Shown here piece by piece: positions 20,478-29,932 of a stretch of DNA of 64,000 nucleotides. Each line of letters starts with the position of its first letter. Within the stretch, counting starts at the first letter, position 1. Source of the stretch: Candidatus Latescibacterota bacterium (GTDB lineage: Bacteria; Latescibacterota; UBA2968; UBA8231); NCBI GenBank assembly GCA_965197905.1, contig CBDAOB010000003.1:384001-448000 (forward strand), in the 5' to 3' direction. A program made the translations under genes and the position numbers. The notes beneath the pieces were generated by a model that saw only the letters and a list, made by a program, of their open reading frames with translations, made no database searches and was not told the DNA's origin.

Positions 20478-22978
20478 TGCCGAACCCCCAGTTTTGTTAT
20501 CAACTCTTCGGCCTCTTGGCGCCGCTCCACGATTCGCTTCATCCGACTCTTGATTCTTGACCGTTGCCTCGCATCTTTGGCCACAGGCAACTTCAGGTCC
20601 TTCCAGCGATCCCCGATGTTTGGCAGGGTCGTGTCAATAAAGACCTTGGATGGGATTTGTAGACGCGTCAGCGGGTGAGATAGCAGATAGGCCAAATACA
20701 ATCCGTCTATGCCATATGGATTGGGGGATTTTATGGCGCGAAGCACGACACAGTGGCTATTCAACAGAATCTCGGTGTCCGTTGGAAGCACGATCCCAAC
20801 ATCACCGGTGCGGTAACTTCCCTCTTTGACAAGCAATAGGTCCCACGGCTGTAAGTCTACGCCACTGCCCTTCACATCCAAGTAGACGTGCCTCGGAACA
20901 CTTGCCGTTGGATTCTTGTAGATGGACCAGTTGCCAATATCCCCATTGCGCACATATGGCACAGGTCCAGTTCCCTTATAAGCATTGTCGGGGGACCCGT
21001 GTCCCCTGAAGACAGTAATGACGCCCTCTCTGATTAGCCGATTCACTGTAACCATTTGAAGGCCCTGTCCCTTGGCCTGAACTCTCAATTGTTCGTCGTA
21101 GCCCTTCCAGTAGTAGCGAGGGACAAATACGTCGTTACGAATCGCGCTTGGTTCCACGATGAAAACATGCTCGTTATTCTTGTTAGACGAGTGTCTCAGT
21201 TCCTTCCTGATTATCTCGGTATCATCCCATTTCTCTTCCGTTACGATGCCATCCCGGACGCGGTACTTTGTCTTCCCCAAGTGATCGCGTCCCATCTCCT
21301 CAGCCACGCCAAAAACCACGGGTTTCTGCGGACGCCCCTTCTCGATGATCCAAAGAAGCGTCTTGGCGTTGCAGTGTGGCCTGAATGTGTTGTGCGGCAG
21401 ATCAATAACTGCCTTCACCCGCCCCCGCCTCTTGATGTAATCAACGATATACTTCTTCGATGGTGCATGGGCGTATGTTTCAGGGAGAACAATTGCAAGC
21501 CGCCCGCCGCTCTTCAGCATGTCGAGGCAACGCTCAATGAATAATTCCTGAGTGGGCGTTTTGCGCGGCTTCTCTTCACGTACCCCCCCCTTACGTGACC
21601 ACGAGTGGCCAAGATCGAACTCCGCAGATTCCGTTTGTGAAACTTTCGTATGCTTACTTCCAAATGGTGGATTTGTAAGGATCACGTCGAACTGGCGCAA
21701 TTGACCGCCCTCATCAATTGCAACGTCTCTGGCTGCACCTTCGAACTCCTCGGCGCGATGCAGGGAATTGGCTTGGGCAATGCAGCTCTTCCCGTCGCCG
21801 ATGATAGCCATATAGGCTTTCGTGATCTTGACGAGATCATTCTCTTTGTCAAGTCCGTGAGATCGTGTTCTTGGCGATATTGCGCTTCGCCTCTTCACGC
21901 TTATTTGGGGACAAGTTGGCCCACTTGCGCCCATGGTTCATGGTAGACTACATGTGTTGCAGGGCCGAAATGCAGGAAGGCGTCCACTGCCACACGCGGG
22001 GTCCATAATCGTTTCCCCGGGCCGTGGGTTGATTAGCTGGATTGCCGTCTTGACAACCTCTCGGGGAGTGAAGAACTCTCCCTTCTCTCCTGCAAACTTG
22101 CTCTCGGCGAAGACTTCAAACGCACCTCCTACTACGTCCTCGTCAGTCTCCAAGAGAGAGTATTCCTGTAGTTCGCCCACGACGTATGCAAGTGACTTGT
22201 TTTCAAGAAGAATCGTCTCGCCAGGATCAAATACTCCTTCCCCCGACAGCTCTCGCTTTACTCTGCCGAAAAGTTCATCTACGCGCCGCCGAACTTCGGA
22301 AAAACCGTTGTCGGCATCATGCCTGCCAACCCTGAACTCCGGGGTGGTATTGCGCGAAACAGCGCCGTGTTGTTCGTCCATGAGCTTGCAGAACAGAAGC
22401 TTCGTCATCTCGCTGCCGAGCTTTGCCCGACGGCTGATGTTCGTGTTTGTATACAACTCATTCAGGAGCCGCCGAAACGTTGCCTTCAAATGGGTGGCTT
22501 GGCGGAGATCGGAATATGTGTGCGTGCCGATGTCGTCAAGGCTTTGCCCGCATGTTGGAACTGCGAAAATGACACCGCTCGAAATAGTTGCAGATTCCGG
22601 TTCCTTGAGCAGGTATTCGATTTCCTTGCCATTTGTCCAAGCGCCCCACAGCGCCGATGTAGCGGTCATGTAGCTCTGTAATTGACCATCGCCGCACTGC
22701 GGTTATCCCTCTTGAAGGCGAGGATTCCGGCGATGTCAAGGTTCTGACTTCTCCTTGACGGATCATCCGGCCGATAGACTGCTAGCCCGGTCTCGGAAAA
22801 CAAGCGCCCGCTCTCGGGCCGCGCTGCCACGTTGGATTACGACTTCGATGTCAATGTGGCCCTTCGCATATCCATGGTCGGCAAGCGCCTCTTCAAAGTC
22901 CTGGCGCACGCGCTCTTCTGGCTTAGATGTATCGACTGACTTGCCGGTTGCGAAGTCGGGAACTTTTAGGTTGCTCAC
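20474..22978 (-). CDS. Single-chain R-M enzyme (HsdR-N-like domain + N6-adenine methyltransferase + TRD); several frameshifts
   Basis: EERVRQDF...GY...IDIEV (HSDR_N-like), GEFFTPREVV, motif I DPACGSG, motif IV ILTNPPFG, C-terminal HsdS-like region. Pieces lie in ORFs 22763.., 22536.., 21938.. and 20474.. Confidence 0.75.
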
Positions 22979-23926
22979 GCATACAAGGTCCTTGTAGAGA
23001 ACTCGGACTTGCCGACCATGGCGGCGACCACGTGTTGCATCTTTGCCAGCGTGTCCAGCTTGCAGGACGTTGTGGCGGCCGGCGAACTCCGTGGACGTAG
23101 CGGTGCAGGTGCTTGGCCGAGAGCCTCTGCTAGACGCCCTTGTGGGCAACGCTTGAGCATCGACCAGAAGCTCTCCACGCCGTTGGTGTGGATCCCGCAA
23201 CGAACATACTCTCCGCCACTGTGGTAGACCGCCTCGTGCCGCCTGCGGCCCTTGTAGGCGCTGGAGCCATCGGCGTAGACCATGAGCTTCCTTGTCCGAA
23301 GAGGAAGCAGTCCACTGGTGGAGAAGGTCCGCAAGGTCTCTTGGTCCGTCTGGTGGATCACTCTCGCCACAACTTGGTTCGTCTCTCGGTCCTTCGCACC
23401 GACCACCGCCACCTTGGGCAAAGGTCCAGGGCCCGCGAGCAACCTGTCTTTCTCGTGCAAAGTTCTGTTCCCTGCCTCCAACGTGAAGTCCGACTCCACC
23501 TCTACGGGGCCGGAGAACTTGGCTGCCACGTCCGAGTACGCTTCCCTGATCCGGTGCAGCATGAACCACGCCGTGGCCTGGCGGACACCGAGATCCCGAT
23601 GGAGCTTCATCGAGGATACGCCTTTGAGGCTGGTCATCTCACGATAGAACGCCCAAGCCGAGACGCGGAGGGGCAGCTTGCTGATCTTCCATCGCTGTGC
23701 CCGTCTGCAGGCTGAAGTATTTCTTGCATTCCCGGCAACGATAAGGCATGGGCTGGCCGCCATCGACTCGATAGGCTCCCTCAGTGATCCCGCACTTCAA
23801 GCAGCACATCTGCCCATCCGGCCAGTGCAGGCCCTCGAACCATTCAACGGCTTTCTCCTCGGTCCCGAACATCTCCGCCATCTCCATAACGGTGACGCCC
23901 TCTCGGTAGTGCTTGCCTGGTCCCAA
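22975..23926 (-). CDS. IS1595-family DDE transposase, frameshifted
   Basis: N-terminal Zn ribbon (WPDGQMCCLKCG...YRCRECKKYFS), KGVSSMKLHRDLGVRQATAWFMLHRIRE, VYADG, HTNGVESFWSMLKR. Confidence 0.85.
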
Positions 23927-23959
23927 GAATCTGATTTCCCCCCTTCCACCAAAGAAGAT

Positions 23960-24469
23960 ACCCATTCGGGGTCCTTGACTACGCTGCCGCCCCGGGTTCA
24001 GACCAACACACTGATGGGTTACACCGACGAGGCGATGTACTGGGGTATCCGCTGTTTCGACGCCCACCCCGAAAGCCTGGTGGTCCTGCCGTTCGAAGAC
24101 AAGGATGACGCCAACAGGAAGCAAGATATCATCTCCTTGTTTTTCGATCGGAATCGAGACCGCAAGACGATCTCCGTAATGCTGATAAACAGCGAGGGAT
24201 ACGTGAGGGATGGCTATGATGATTACAACAAAAGCCGCCAGCGGGACCACTCCTGGGATGCGGACGGGACCGCGGCTACCTACGTCGGCGACGATTACTG
24301 GTCCGTTGAATTCGAGCTTCGCTGGGATCCTAAATACAATCCCCCCCCCGCTCCAGGTGACGTTTCTGGCCTAGACATTCCTCGCCTGTTTCGCGGGGGT
24401 GTCGAATGGAGTCAGCCGTTTCGCGGATACGGCGATCTCAATGCACCCGGCTATTTGGTCTATCGTTAG
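23960..24469 (+). pseudogene. 3' fragment (CBM9-like part) of a lipoprotein copy
   Basis: THSGSLTTLPPRVQTN...PGYLVYR matches the C-terminal third of copies 8 and 9. Confidence 0.8.
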
Positions 24470-24490
24470 GATCTTGCTACGAATCCTACC

Positions 24491-25861
24491 ATGGCAATCG
24501 AACATCCTTTGATTCCCCACCCATTCGCACTGAGAGTGGGTTGCGTCCCAGCCGTCGCTCTGTGCCTGGTGGCCTGCGAATCATCCATTGAAGACAGTAT
24601 CAATGATCTTTCCAGCGGTCCCGATGAGCGTGCCGCCGCAAGACACGAGCTCATTTTAGCCTCGGACAAAGCCGTTGAGCCACTTATCGCCGCGCTGGAA
24701 TCGCGAGATGACACAAAGGCCCGTGCCGAGGTGGCCGATATTTTGGTAGGCATAATGGCGCGATCGAGAAACGAGCGAGTCGCAGGTGTGCTCAAGAAAC
24801 ATCTACTTGACGATCCCAACCCGATGGTGCGCGGACGTATTGCCGAGGAGCTCGGACTCTATTTGCGCTCCGAGTTTTTTGACGTTTTTCTGCAGGCGGC
24901 TTCCGATCCCTCGCCGCTGGTGCAAACTCCTGCGCTGCATGTTCTGGCCAACGTGATCGACCGGCTGAATGAAGAGCAGACCCAAACCTTGCGCCAGCTC
25001 GCCAGCGAGCGCGCCGGAGCCCAAGAGCGATCCGTCCGCGACGCCGCCCTGTACCTCGTGGAGGAATTTGTCGGCCGTTGGGCTCAAAAGGCTAGGGAAG
25101 CAGCACTAAAGGCGGATCTGTCGGTAGCGGATTCTATCTACAACGTGGTACTGACCTACGCACCTGCCAGCAGACAAGCAAACTACTACATGGGTAGCTT
25201 CTATCTCGAATACGGCGACCGCGAACACGGGTTGCAGCTGTTGCGGGAAAATCGCCTGCTGGTGGACGCGCCCCGGTTCCCGGCAGCACCGCGGATTGAC
25301 GGCCGACTGGACGATCCGGTTTGGGAGCATGCCGCCAGGATAGATTCGTTCTACACCCATTCCTCCGGATTACGAGCAACACTTCAACCCCGAGTTCAAA
25401 CCAACGTGTTCATCGGCTACACTGACGAGGCGTTGTATTGGGGTGTACACTGTTTCGACGCGCACCCTGATAGCCTGATTGTCGTGCGATACGACGACCT
25501 GACAGGGGGCGAGCAACACGACAGAATCTCGTTCCGTTTCGACCGCAACCTGGACAGGAAGACGATTGCCATGGTAGGTGTAAATAGCGCAGGGGTGGTG
25601 AGAGACGGCTGGAATGACTTCAACAAGAGCATCGAGCGCGACTACCATTGGGATGCGGAGGGCAGCGCAGCGGCGTATGTCGGCGACGATTTCTGGTCCC
25701 TCGAATTCGAGCTTCGTTGGGACCCGAAGTACCACCCCCGGCCGGTTCCTGGCGAGATGTCGGGCATAGATTTTGTCCGCATGTTCCGCACAGTCGAGTA
25801 CAGTCAAGCCTTTCCTGGGTATGATTACCTCAAGGCGACTGGATACCTGGTCTATCAATAA
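24491..25861 (+). CDS. HEAT + CBM9-like lipoprotein, copy 7
   Basis: Lipobox LVAC; collinear with the other copies. Confidence 0.8.
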   Translation: MAIEHPLIPHPFALRVGCVPAVALCLVACESSIEDSINDLSSGPDERAAARHELILASDKAVEPLIAALESRDDTKARAEVADILVGIMARSRNERVAGVLKKHLLDDPNPMVRGRIAEELGLYLRSEFFDVFLQAASDPSPLVQTPALHVLANVIDRLNEEQTQTLRQLASERAGAQERSVRDAALYLVEEFVGRWAQKAREAALKADLSVADSIYNVVLTYAPASRQANYYMGSFYLEYGDREHGLQLLRENRLLVDAPRFPAAPRIDGRLDDPVWEHAARIDSFYTHSSGLRATLQPRVQTNVFIGYTDEALYWGVHCFDAHPDSLIVVRYDDLTGGEQHDRISFRFDRNLDRKTIAMVGVNSAGVVRDGWNDFNKSIERDYHWDAEGSAAAYVGDDFWSLEFELRWDPKYHPRPVPGEMSGIDFVRMFRTVEYSQAFPGYDYLKATGYLVYQ

Positions 25862-25885
25862 GATCTTGCTACGGGGTAACCTGCC

Positions 25886-27277
25886 ATGGCGATCCAGCAT
25901 CTCTTGATTCCCCACCACCGCTCCCGCGTGGCGACCGCGCTCGCGCTGAGAGGCCTCCATATCGTAGCCACGGCTTTGTTCCTCGCCGCTTGCGGGCCTT
26001 CCGTAGAAGACAGTATCGAGAAGCTGGGTGCCGGACCTGACGAGCGAGCCATGGGCAAACACGAGCTCATCCTGGCGAAGGACGAACACGTCGAGCCAAT
26101 CATCGCGGCGCTGGAAAGGCAGGATGGCAGCGACGTCCGTCCTGACTTGGCAGAGGTGCTAGTGGCCCGGTTCCTGCGATCGGAGAGCAAACGAATCTGG
26201 TCCGTTCTCGAAAAACACCTGCTGGAAGATTCCGACTCGCGGGTGCGCAGCCGTATTGCTGAAAAACTCGGGCTTCACCTCCGTTCCGAGCTTTTTGAGG
26301 TTTTCCTGCAGGCTGTTTCCGATCCGTCACCTGCGGTGCAATCCCCTGCGCTGCTCGCTCTTGGCAACGTTCTCGACCGCCTGACCATCGAACAGACCCA
26401 AACCTTGCGCCAGCTAGCCAGCGAGAGCGCGAAGGCTCAGGATCAGTCTGTTCGCGAAGCAGCACAATACTTGGTTGAGGAGTTCGTCGCCCGCTGGGCA
26501 GAGAAGGCGCGTGAGGAAGTTCTCAAGGCCAACGTTTCCCGCGCGGACTCGATTTACAATGTGGCGTTGGCTTATGCCCCGACCAGCAAGCAGGCAAACT
26601 ATTACCTTGGAAAATTCTATTACGAGAACGGCGAGCGCGAGCGCGGATTCCAGCTGCTGCGGGAACACCGTCTGCTGATCGACGTGCCCAGGTTCGCTTC
26701 AGCTCCACGAATCGACGGACGGCTGGATGACCGGATCTGGACAGGTGCCGGTAGAATCGATTCGTTTTACACCCATTCAAGTTCCCTCACAACACTGCCG
26801 CCCCGCGCGCAGACCAATGCGTTGATGGGCTACACCGACGAGGCTATCTACTGGGGGATTCGTTGCTTCGACGCGCACCCCGAAAGCCTCGTCGTCCTGC
26901 CGCTAGAAGACAAGGAAGACTCCAACCGGCATCAAGATATCATCAGTTGGTTCTTCGATCGAAACCTGGACCGGAAGACGTTCGCCATAATCCTGATAAA
27001 CAGCGAAGGATACATACGGGATGGCTGGGATGACCGCGAAAAAAGCCAGCAGCGGGACCACACCTGGGATGCGGACGCAACCGCGGCTACCTACGTCGGC
27101 GACGATTTCTGGTCCGTCGAACTCGAGCTTCGCTGGGATCCTAAATACCATCCGCCGCCGGTTCCCGGTGACGTCTCGGGTTTGGATATACCCCGTTTTT
27201 TCCGCGCTATAGAGTGGAGTCAGCCGTTTCGAGGATACCGGGGTGTGGACGCACCAGGGTATTTAGTCTATCAGTAA
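25886..27277 (+). CDS. HEAT + CBM9-like lipoprotein, copy 8
   Basis: Lipobox LAAC; collinear with the other copies. Confidence 0.8.
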   Translation: MAIQHLLIPHHRSRVATALALRGLHIVATALFLAACGPSVEDSIEKLGAGPDERAMGKHELILAKDEHVEPIIAALERQDGSDVRPDLAEVLVARFLRSESKRIWSVLEKHLLEDSDSRVRSRIAEKLGLHLRSELFEVFLQAVSDPSPAVQSPALLALGNVLDRLTIEQTQTLRQLASESAKAQDQSVREAAQYLVEEFVARWAEKAREEVLKANVSRADSIYNVALAYAPTSKQANYYLGKFYYENGERERGFQLLREHRLLIDVPRFASAPRIDGRLDDRIWTGAGRIDSFYTHSSSLTTLPPRAQTNALMGYTDEAIYWGIRCFDAHPESLVVLPLEDKEDSNRHQDIISWFFDRNLDRKTFAIILINSEGYIRDGWDDREKSQQRDHTWDADATAATYVGDDFWSVELELRWDPKYHPPPVPGDVSGLDIPRFFRAIEWSQPFRGYRGVDAPGYLVYQ

Positions 27278-27298
27278 GATCTTGCTAAGTAGCCTACC

Positions 27299-28684
27299 AT
27301 GGCAATCGAAGATCCTTTGATCCCCCACCATCGATTCCGCTCGACAGCCGCTTCCGCGATAAGCGGGATCTGTGTCACGGCTTTCTTCCTCGCCGCGTGC
27401 GGACCTTCTATAGAAGACAGCATCGAAAAGCTGGGTGCCGGACCCGACGAGCGGGCAATGGGCAAACACGAGCTCATCCTGGCTGGGGACGAAGACGTCG
27501 AGCCGATCATCGCGGCGCTGGAAAGGCAGAATGGCAACGAGGTTCGTCCCGATTTAGCCGAGGTTCTGGTGGCCCGGCTCCTGCGATCGGAAAGCAAGCG
27601 AATCTCGTCCGTTCTCGAAGAACACCTGCTGAAAGATCCCGACTCGCAGGTGCGCAGCCGTATTGCCAATAAACTCGGGCTTCACCTGCGCTCCGAGCAT
27701 TTTGACGTTTTCCTGCACGCCGTCTCCGATCCGTCACCTGCGGTGCAATCCCCTGCACTGCTCTCCCTGGGCAACGTGCTCGACCAGCTGACCGACGAAC
27801 AGAGTCAAACCTTGCGCCGACTCGCCAGCGAGGGCGCGAAGGCTCAGGATCAATCTGTGCGCGAAGCGGCACTCTACTTGGTGGAAGAGTTCGTCGCACG
27901 GTTGGCAGAGAAGGCGCGTGAAGAAGTTCTCAAGGCCAACGTGTCCCTAGCCGACTCGATCTACAACGTAGCACTGGCTTATGCCCCTACCAGCAAACAG
28001 GCAAACTATTACCTTGGGAAATTCTATTACGAGAACGGCCAGCGCGAGCGCGGATTCCAGCTGTTGCGGGAACACCGCCTGCTGGTCGACGTGCCCAGGT
28101 TCGCATCGGCTCCGCGGATCGACGGACGATTGGATGACCCGATCTGGGCAGGTGCTGGAAGAATTGATTCGTTTTACACCAATTCAAGATCGCTCACGAC
28201 GCTGCCGCCCCGCGTTCAGACCAATGCATTGATGGGCTACACCGACAAGGCTATCTACTGGGGGATTCGCTGCTTCGACGCGCACCCCGAAAGCCTCGTC
28301 GTCCTACCGCTCGAAGACAAAGACGACTCCAACCGGCAACAAGATATCATCCAATGGTTCTTCGATCGAAACCTGGACCGAAAGACATTCGCCGTGATCC
28401 TGATAAACAGCGAAGGATACATACGGGATGGCTGGGATGACCGCAACAAAAGCCAACAGCGGGACCACACCTGGGATGCGGACGCGACCGCGGCTGCCTA
28501 CGTCGGCGACGATTTCTGGTCCGTCGAACTTGAGCTTCGCTGGGATCCTATATACAATCCGCAGCCGGTTCCCGGTGACATCTCGGGCTTGGACTTACCC
28601 CGTCTTTTCCGCGTTATGGAGTGGAGTCAGCCGTTTCGGGGATACCGGGGTGTCGACGCACCGGGGTATTTGGTCTATGAGTAG
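27299..28684 (+). CDS. HEAT + CBM9-like lipoprotein, copy 9
   Basis: Lipobox LAAC; closest to copy 8. Confidence 0.8.
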   Translation: MAIEDPLIPHHRFRSTAASAISGICVTAFFLAACGPSIEDSIEKLGAGPDERAMGKHELILAGDEDVEPIIAALERQNGNEVRPDLAEVLVARLLRSESKRISSVLEEHLLKDPDSQVRSRIANKLGLHLRSEHFDVFLHAVSDPSPAVQSPALLSLGNVLDQLTDEQSQTLRRLASEGAKAQDQSVREAALYLVEEFVARLAEKAREEVLKANVSLADSIYNVALAYAPTSKQANYYLGKFYYENGQRERGFQLLREHRLLVDVPRFASAPRIDGRLDDPIWAGAGRIDSFYTNSRSLTTLPPRVQTNALMGYTDKAIYWGIRCFDAHPESLVVLPLEDKDDSNRQQDIIQWFFDRNLDRKTFAVILINSEGYIRDGWDDRNKSQQRDHTWDADATAAAYVGDDFWSVELELRWDPIYNPQPVPGDISGLDLPRLFRVMEWSQPFRGYRGVDAPGYLVYE

Positions 28685-28689
28685 TTCTG

Positions 28690-29859
28690 TCAGTCGCCCG
28701 AAGGCAACCCATGGCCTGGGAGCGAGAATCTCAACGTAGCATTGGCGGTTTGGATGGCCCACTGATCCGGTCGCGTATCTTCGAGGTCTGTCAGCACATC
28801 AATCTGATAGTCCGAAAGTCCTGGAGTTCCAACACTAGCCCATTTGTCTATCAGAGCTGCAATATCAGCAGCGAATCTCGAATCTCCCCGCCAGTGAATA
28901 GCGCGGCACTCGGAATCTAGTGAAACAGTTGAATGTGATTCCTTGTGATAGACAGTAGGGGCACAACTTAACGAACTATTGTGATCAACAAGGCTACGGA
29001 GCTCGACACCCTCTAAATGGGCAAAAAGGAGAAAATCGATGTTAGCCCTAGTCTCAGTCGCGATCTCTTTCGGGGCTTTCGTCAAAAGACTTGCTAGTTC
29101 CGCATCAAAGGGCGGCTGCAGTGGATCTGCGATGTTAGTCCAATATTCTCCCTGCAATGTGTTGAAACCAGACCAACCCACGAACGAACCTGTCAACCCT
29201 GCACTACTCTTTCGCAATCGTAAGAGCGGATCGCCCACCGCGCCCACTTTGAACGGCACAAGCAGTACCCCGCCGTCCGCCAATTGCTGGTGCCATGCCG
29301 GTGGAATGTCGGGTGACCCCACAGTTACGATAATCCTATCAAAAGGAGCCCGGTCCTCCCAGCCGAAGCCACCATCGCCGCTCGCGAGGCGCACCTCAGA
29401 GTAACCTGCTACGTGCAGATGGCGGCGAGCCGCGTCGACAAGATCGGCTTGAAGATCAATTGAGTGCACCAATTCGTCGTTGCCAACCCGGAAAGCCATG
29501 AGGGCGGCGTTCCAGCCGCTGCCCGTACCGATCTCAAGTACGCGCATCCCCGGTTCCAGCGTCAGGGCAACGAGCATCCGCATTACAAGAGCTGGCTGCG
29601 ACGCAGCACTATGATTTGGCGGTTTTCGAGACATGAGGCCGCGGTCGGAGTAGATAGTTTGGAGATCGATGTAGGAGACCCTCGTGAAATCCACGATCAC
29701 CGGTTCCTCGGCCTCCATCGTTTCATAATACTGGTCAATGAATAAATGTCGCGGCACAGACACGACCGCGTGGTGGAGCCACTCTGCACTGAGACATCCA
29801 GCTTTGCCAAGACTATCTCGAAATCGCGTCAGAAATTGTTCGACGTTAGGCGTTTCCAT
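28690..29859 (-). CDS. Protein-L-isoaspartate O-methyltransferase-like protein with C-terminal extension
   Basis: VPRHLF, SQP, VLEIGTGSGWNAALM, GDGGFG, APFDRIIVT, QLADGGVLLVP; 389 aa versus about 210 for canonical Pcm. Confidence 0.8.
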   Translation of the reverse strand: METPNVEQFLTRFRDSLGKAGCLSAEWLHHAVVSVPRHLFIDQYYETMEAEEPVIVDFTRVSYIDLQTIYSDRGLMSRKPPNHSAASQPALVMRMLVALTLEPGMRVLEIGTGSGWNAALMAFRVGNDELVHSIDLQADLVDAARRHLHVAGYSEVRLASGDGGFGWEDRAPFDRIIVTVGSPDIPPAWHQQLADGGVLLVPFKVGAVGDPLLRLRKSSAGLTGSFVGWSGFNTLQGEYWTNIADPLQPPFDAELASLLTKAPKEIATETRANIDFLLFAHLEGVELRSLVDHNSSLSCAPTVYHKESHSTVSLDSECRAIHWRGDSRFAADIAALIDKWASVGTPGLSDYQIDVLTDLEDTRPDQWAIQTANATLRFSLPGHGLPSGD

Positions 29860-29932
29860 GTCTCACTCTTTGGTCATCATGGCATCTAACGCATGAGGAC
29901 CTCCAACTCTCCCTAGTCAGCAGCGTGGCTCG

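Larger units (their letters stand above)
20281..23959 (-). mobile_element. IS1595-family (ISNwi1-like) element with a passenger restriction-modification gene; only one end recognisable
   Basis: End GGGGACTATACG at 20281 resembles IS1595-family termini; transposase at the other side; host gene similarity resumes at about 23960. No matching inverted repeat or TSD was found. Confidence 0.7.

Noticed and set aside
23920..23960. Junction bases loosely resembling sequencing adapter or primer sequence
   Set aside because: Only short partial matches; cannot be supported without an alignment.
11632..28684. Diversity-generating retroelement or shufflon as the source of array variation
   Set aside because: No reverse transcriptase, template repeat or site-specific recombinase is in the window; differences include indels and are not obviously adenine-specific.
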